A stretch of 64,000 nt of DNA, taken from contig NC_068988.1 in NCBI RefSeq assembly GCF_001194135.2, positions 72,319,073 through 72,383,072 of the forward strand, given 5' to 3'. This document shows positions 63,180 to 64,000 of the stretch, piece after piece; the first letter of the stretch is position 1; each line of letters begins with the position of its first letter. Below the pieces are notes generated by a model that saw only the letters and a list, made by a program, of their open reading frames with translations, did not search any database and had not been told where the DNA came from. Position numbers and translations under genes: made by a program. The stretch is from Octopus bimaculoides (lineage: Eukaryota).

Positions 63180-63410
63180 TAAGTCGTGGGGTCGATTTAT
63201 TCGACTAAAACCCTTCGAGGTGGTGCTTCAACACGGCCGCAGTCAAATGACTGATACAAGTAAAAGAATAAAAGAATAAAAGAATATATATGCTATCTTT
63301 ATGTTAGTTAAAATATGTTTGTGACATATTTCAACTTCAGTTACCGTCCGTTGATCGGATCAACTGGAACCCTCGACGTCGTAAGTGACGGAGTGCCAAC
63401 AACAACAGTA
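63180..63410 (+). mobile_element. Type-B SINE tail followed by a type-C/D SINE tail fragment
   Basis: GGGGTCGATTTATTCGACTAAAACCCTTC...GGCCGCAGTCAAATGACTG; then CGTTGATCGGATCAACTGGAACCCTCGACGTCGTAAGTGACGGAGTGCCA. Confidence 0.85.
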
Positions 63411-63659
63411 AGATGGTATAAAAATAAAATATTTATCCAATGCTGCCCTCTGTAGAATTCCCAGACGCGTTTCTAGTTCATTAGCCGCTATTAATGGGAA
63501 GTACCTGGACAGACTTTATTAAAGAGGCAACTCTGGACAGACTTAATTAAAGCCGTAGCTTCAACTAGAACACAGTCAACAACATCGACTCGTGTGAGCC
63601 ATTCGATCGCCAGGTCTGAAAATTTTTTGTGTGCGCGCGTGCGCGCGTGAGTGTTTTGA

Positions 63660-64000
63660 AGAAGGACCAGTGTCTGTGTCCTTCGCAGACTCTCCTCTCC
63701 TAGACCGGTGAGATTGATTCTCTTGAACATTTCTAAGTCAACATTTACCGGAAAGATGAGAGATTTAGAAAACTGATTTTCTAGGACAGAAGGATTGAGT
63801 ATGGTCATTGGTGCTGAACCTGGAGGTTAGTGAAAAGAGGAGAGGTGTGAAGGACGGGGATACATAAATGGAGTTGACATGTGTCCATGCAGTACCGAGG
63901 TACAGAGGCCATTATAGTAGCGGGAGAGAAGTTAGAGACAGGGGACAGTGCAACTGTGGGTAAGACAGTGGAGTGGGATTAGGAATGACTTCATGCCGAT
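63660..64000 (-). mobile_element. Probable LINE fragment (CR1/L2-like), unresolved
   Basis: Pyrimidine-rich minus strand with degenerate LINE-like peptide; no unambiguous motif. Confidence 0.3.

Noticed and set aside
63491-63808. ORF MTILNPSVLENQFSKSLIFPVNVDLE as the next upstream integrin exon
   Set aside because: No GT donor in the phase 2 required by exon 61952, and the composition looks like a LINE fragment.

Overview
AT-rich eukaryotic genomic DNA with many N gaps and dense (AT)n/(AC)n/(AGAT)n/(CT)n microsatellites. The SINE repertoire suggests a coleoid cephalopod, probably Octopus (inference). Most ORFs in the supplied track are microsatellite or gap artefacts. Host genes: (1) the 3' half of an integrin alpha-like gene on the minus strand, reconstructed by hand from six exons between 61952 and 41760 (calf-2 region, transmembrane helix, and a cytoplasmic tail lacking GFFKR); (2) an orphan plus-strand terminal exon at 27988-28296 resembling a class B GPCR helix 8 plus C-tail; (3) a promoter-like stretch near 120-277. 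The rest is transposon debris: four families of tRNA-derived SINEs with shared modules, many Penelope-like (PLE) RT and GIY-YIG fragments, Helitron helicase fragments (three in tandem), L1/Tx1 and RTE LINE fragments, a full-length decayed mariner, Helentron-type non-autonomous elements and a foldback element. Most notable: a four-copy family of hammerhead ribozyme motifs with compensatory base changes, plus three more degenerate ones; an ORF1-only (HAL1-like) Tx1 element with a 15-bp TSD; the GFFKR-less integrin tail; a template-switch rearrangement containing a perfect 55-bp palindrome; and a ~390-bp spacerless palindrome in the last integrin intron.
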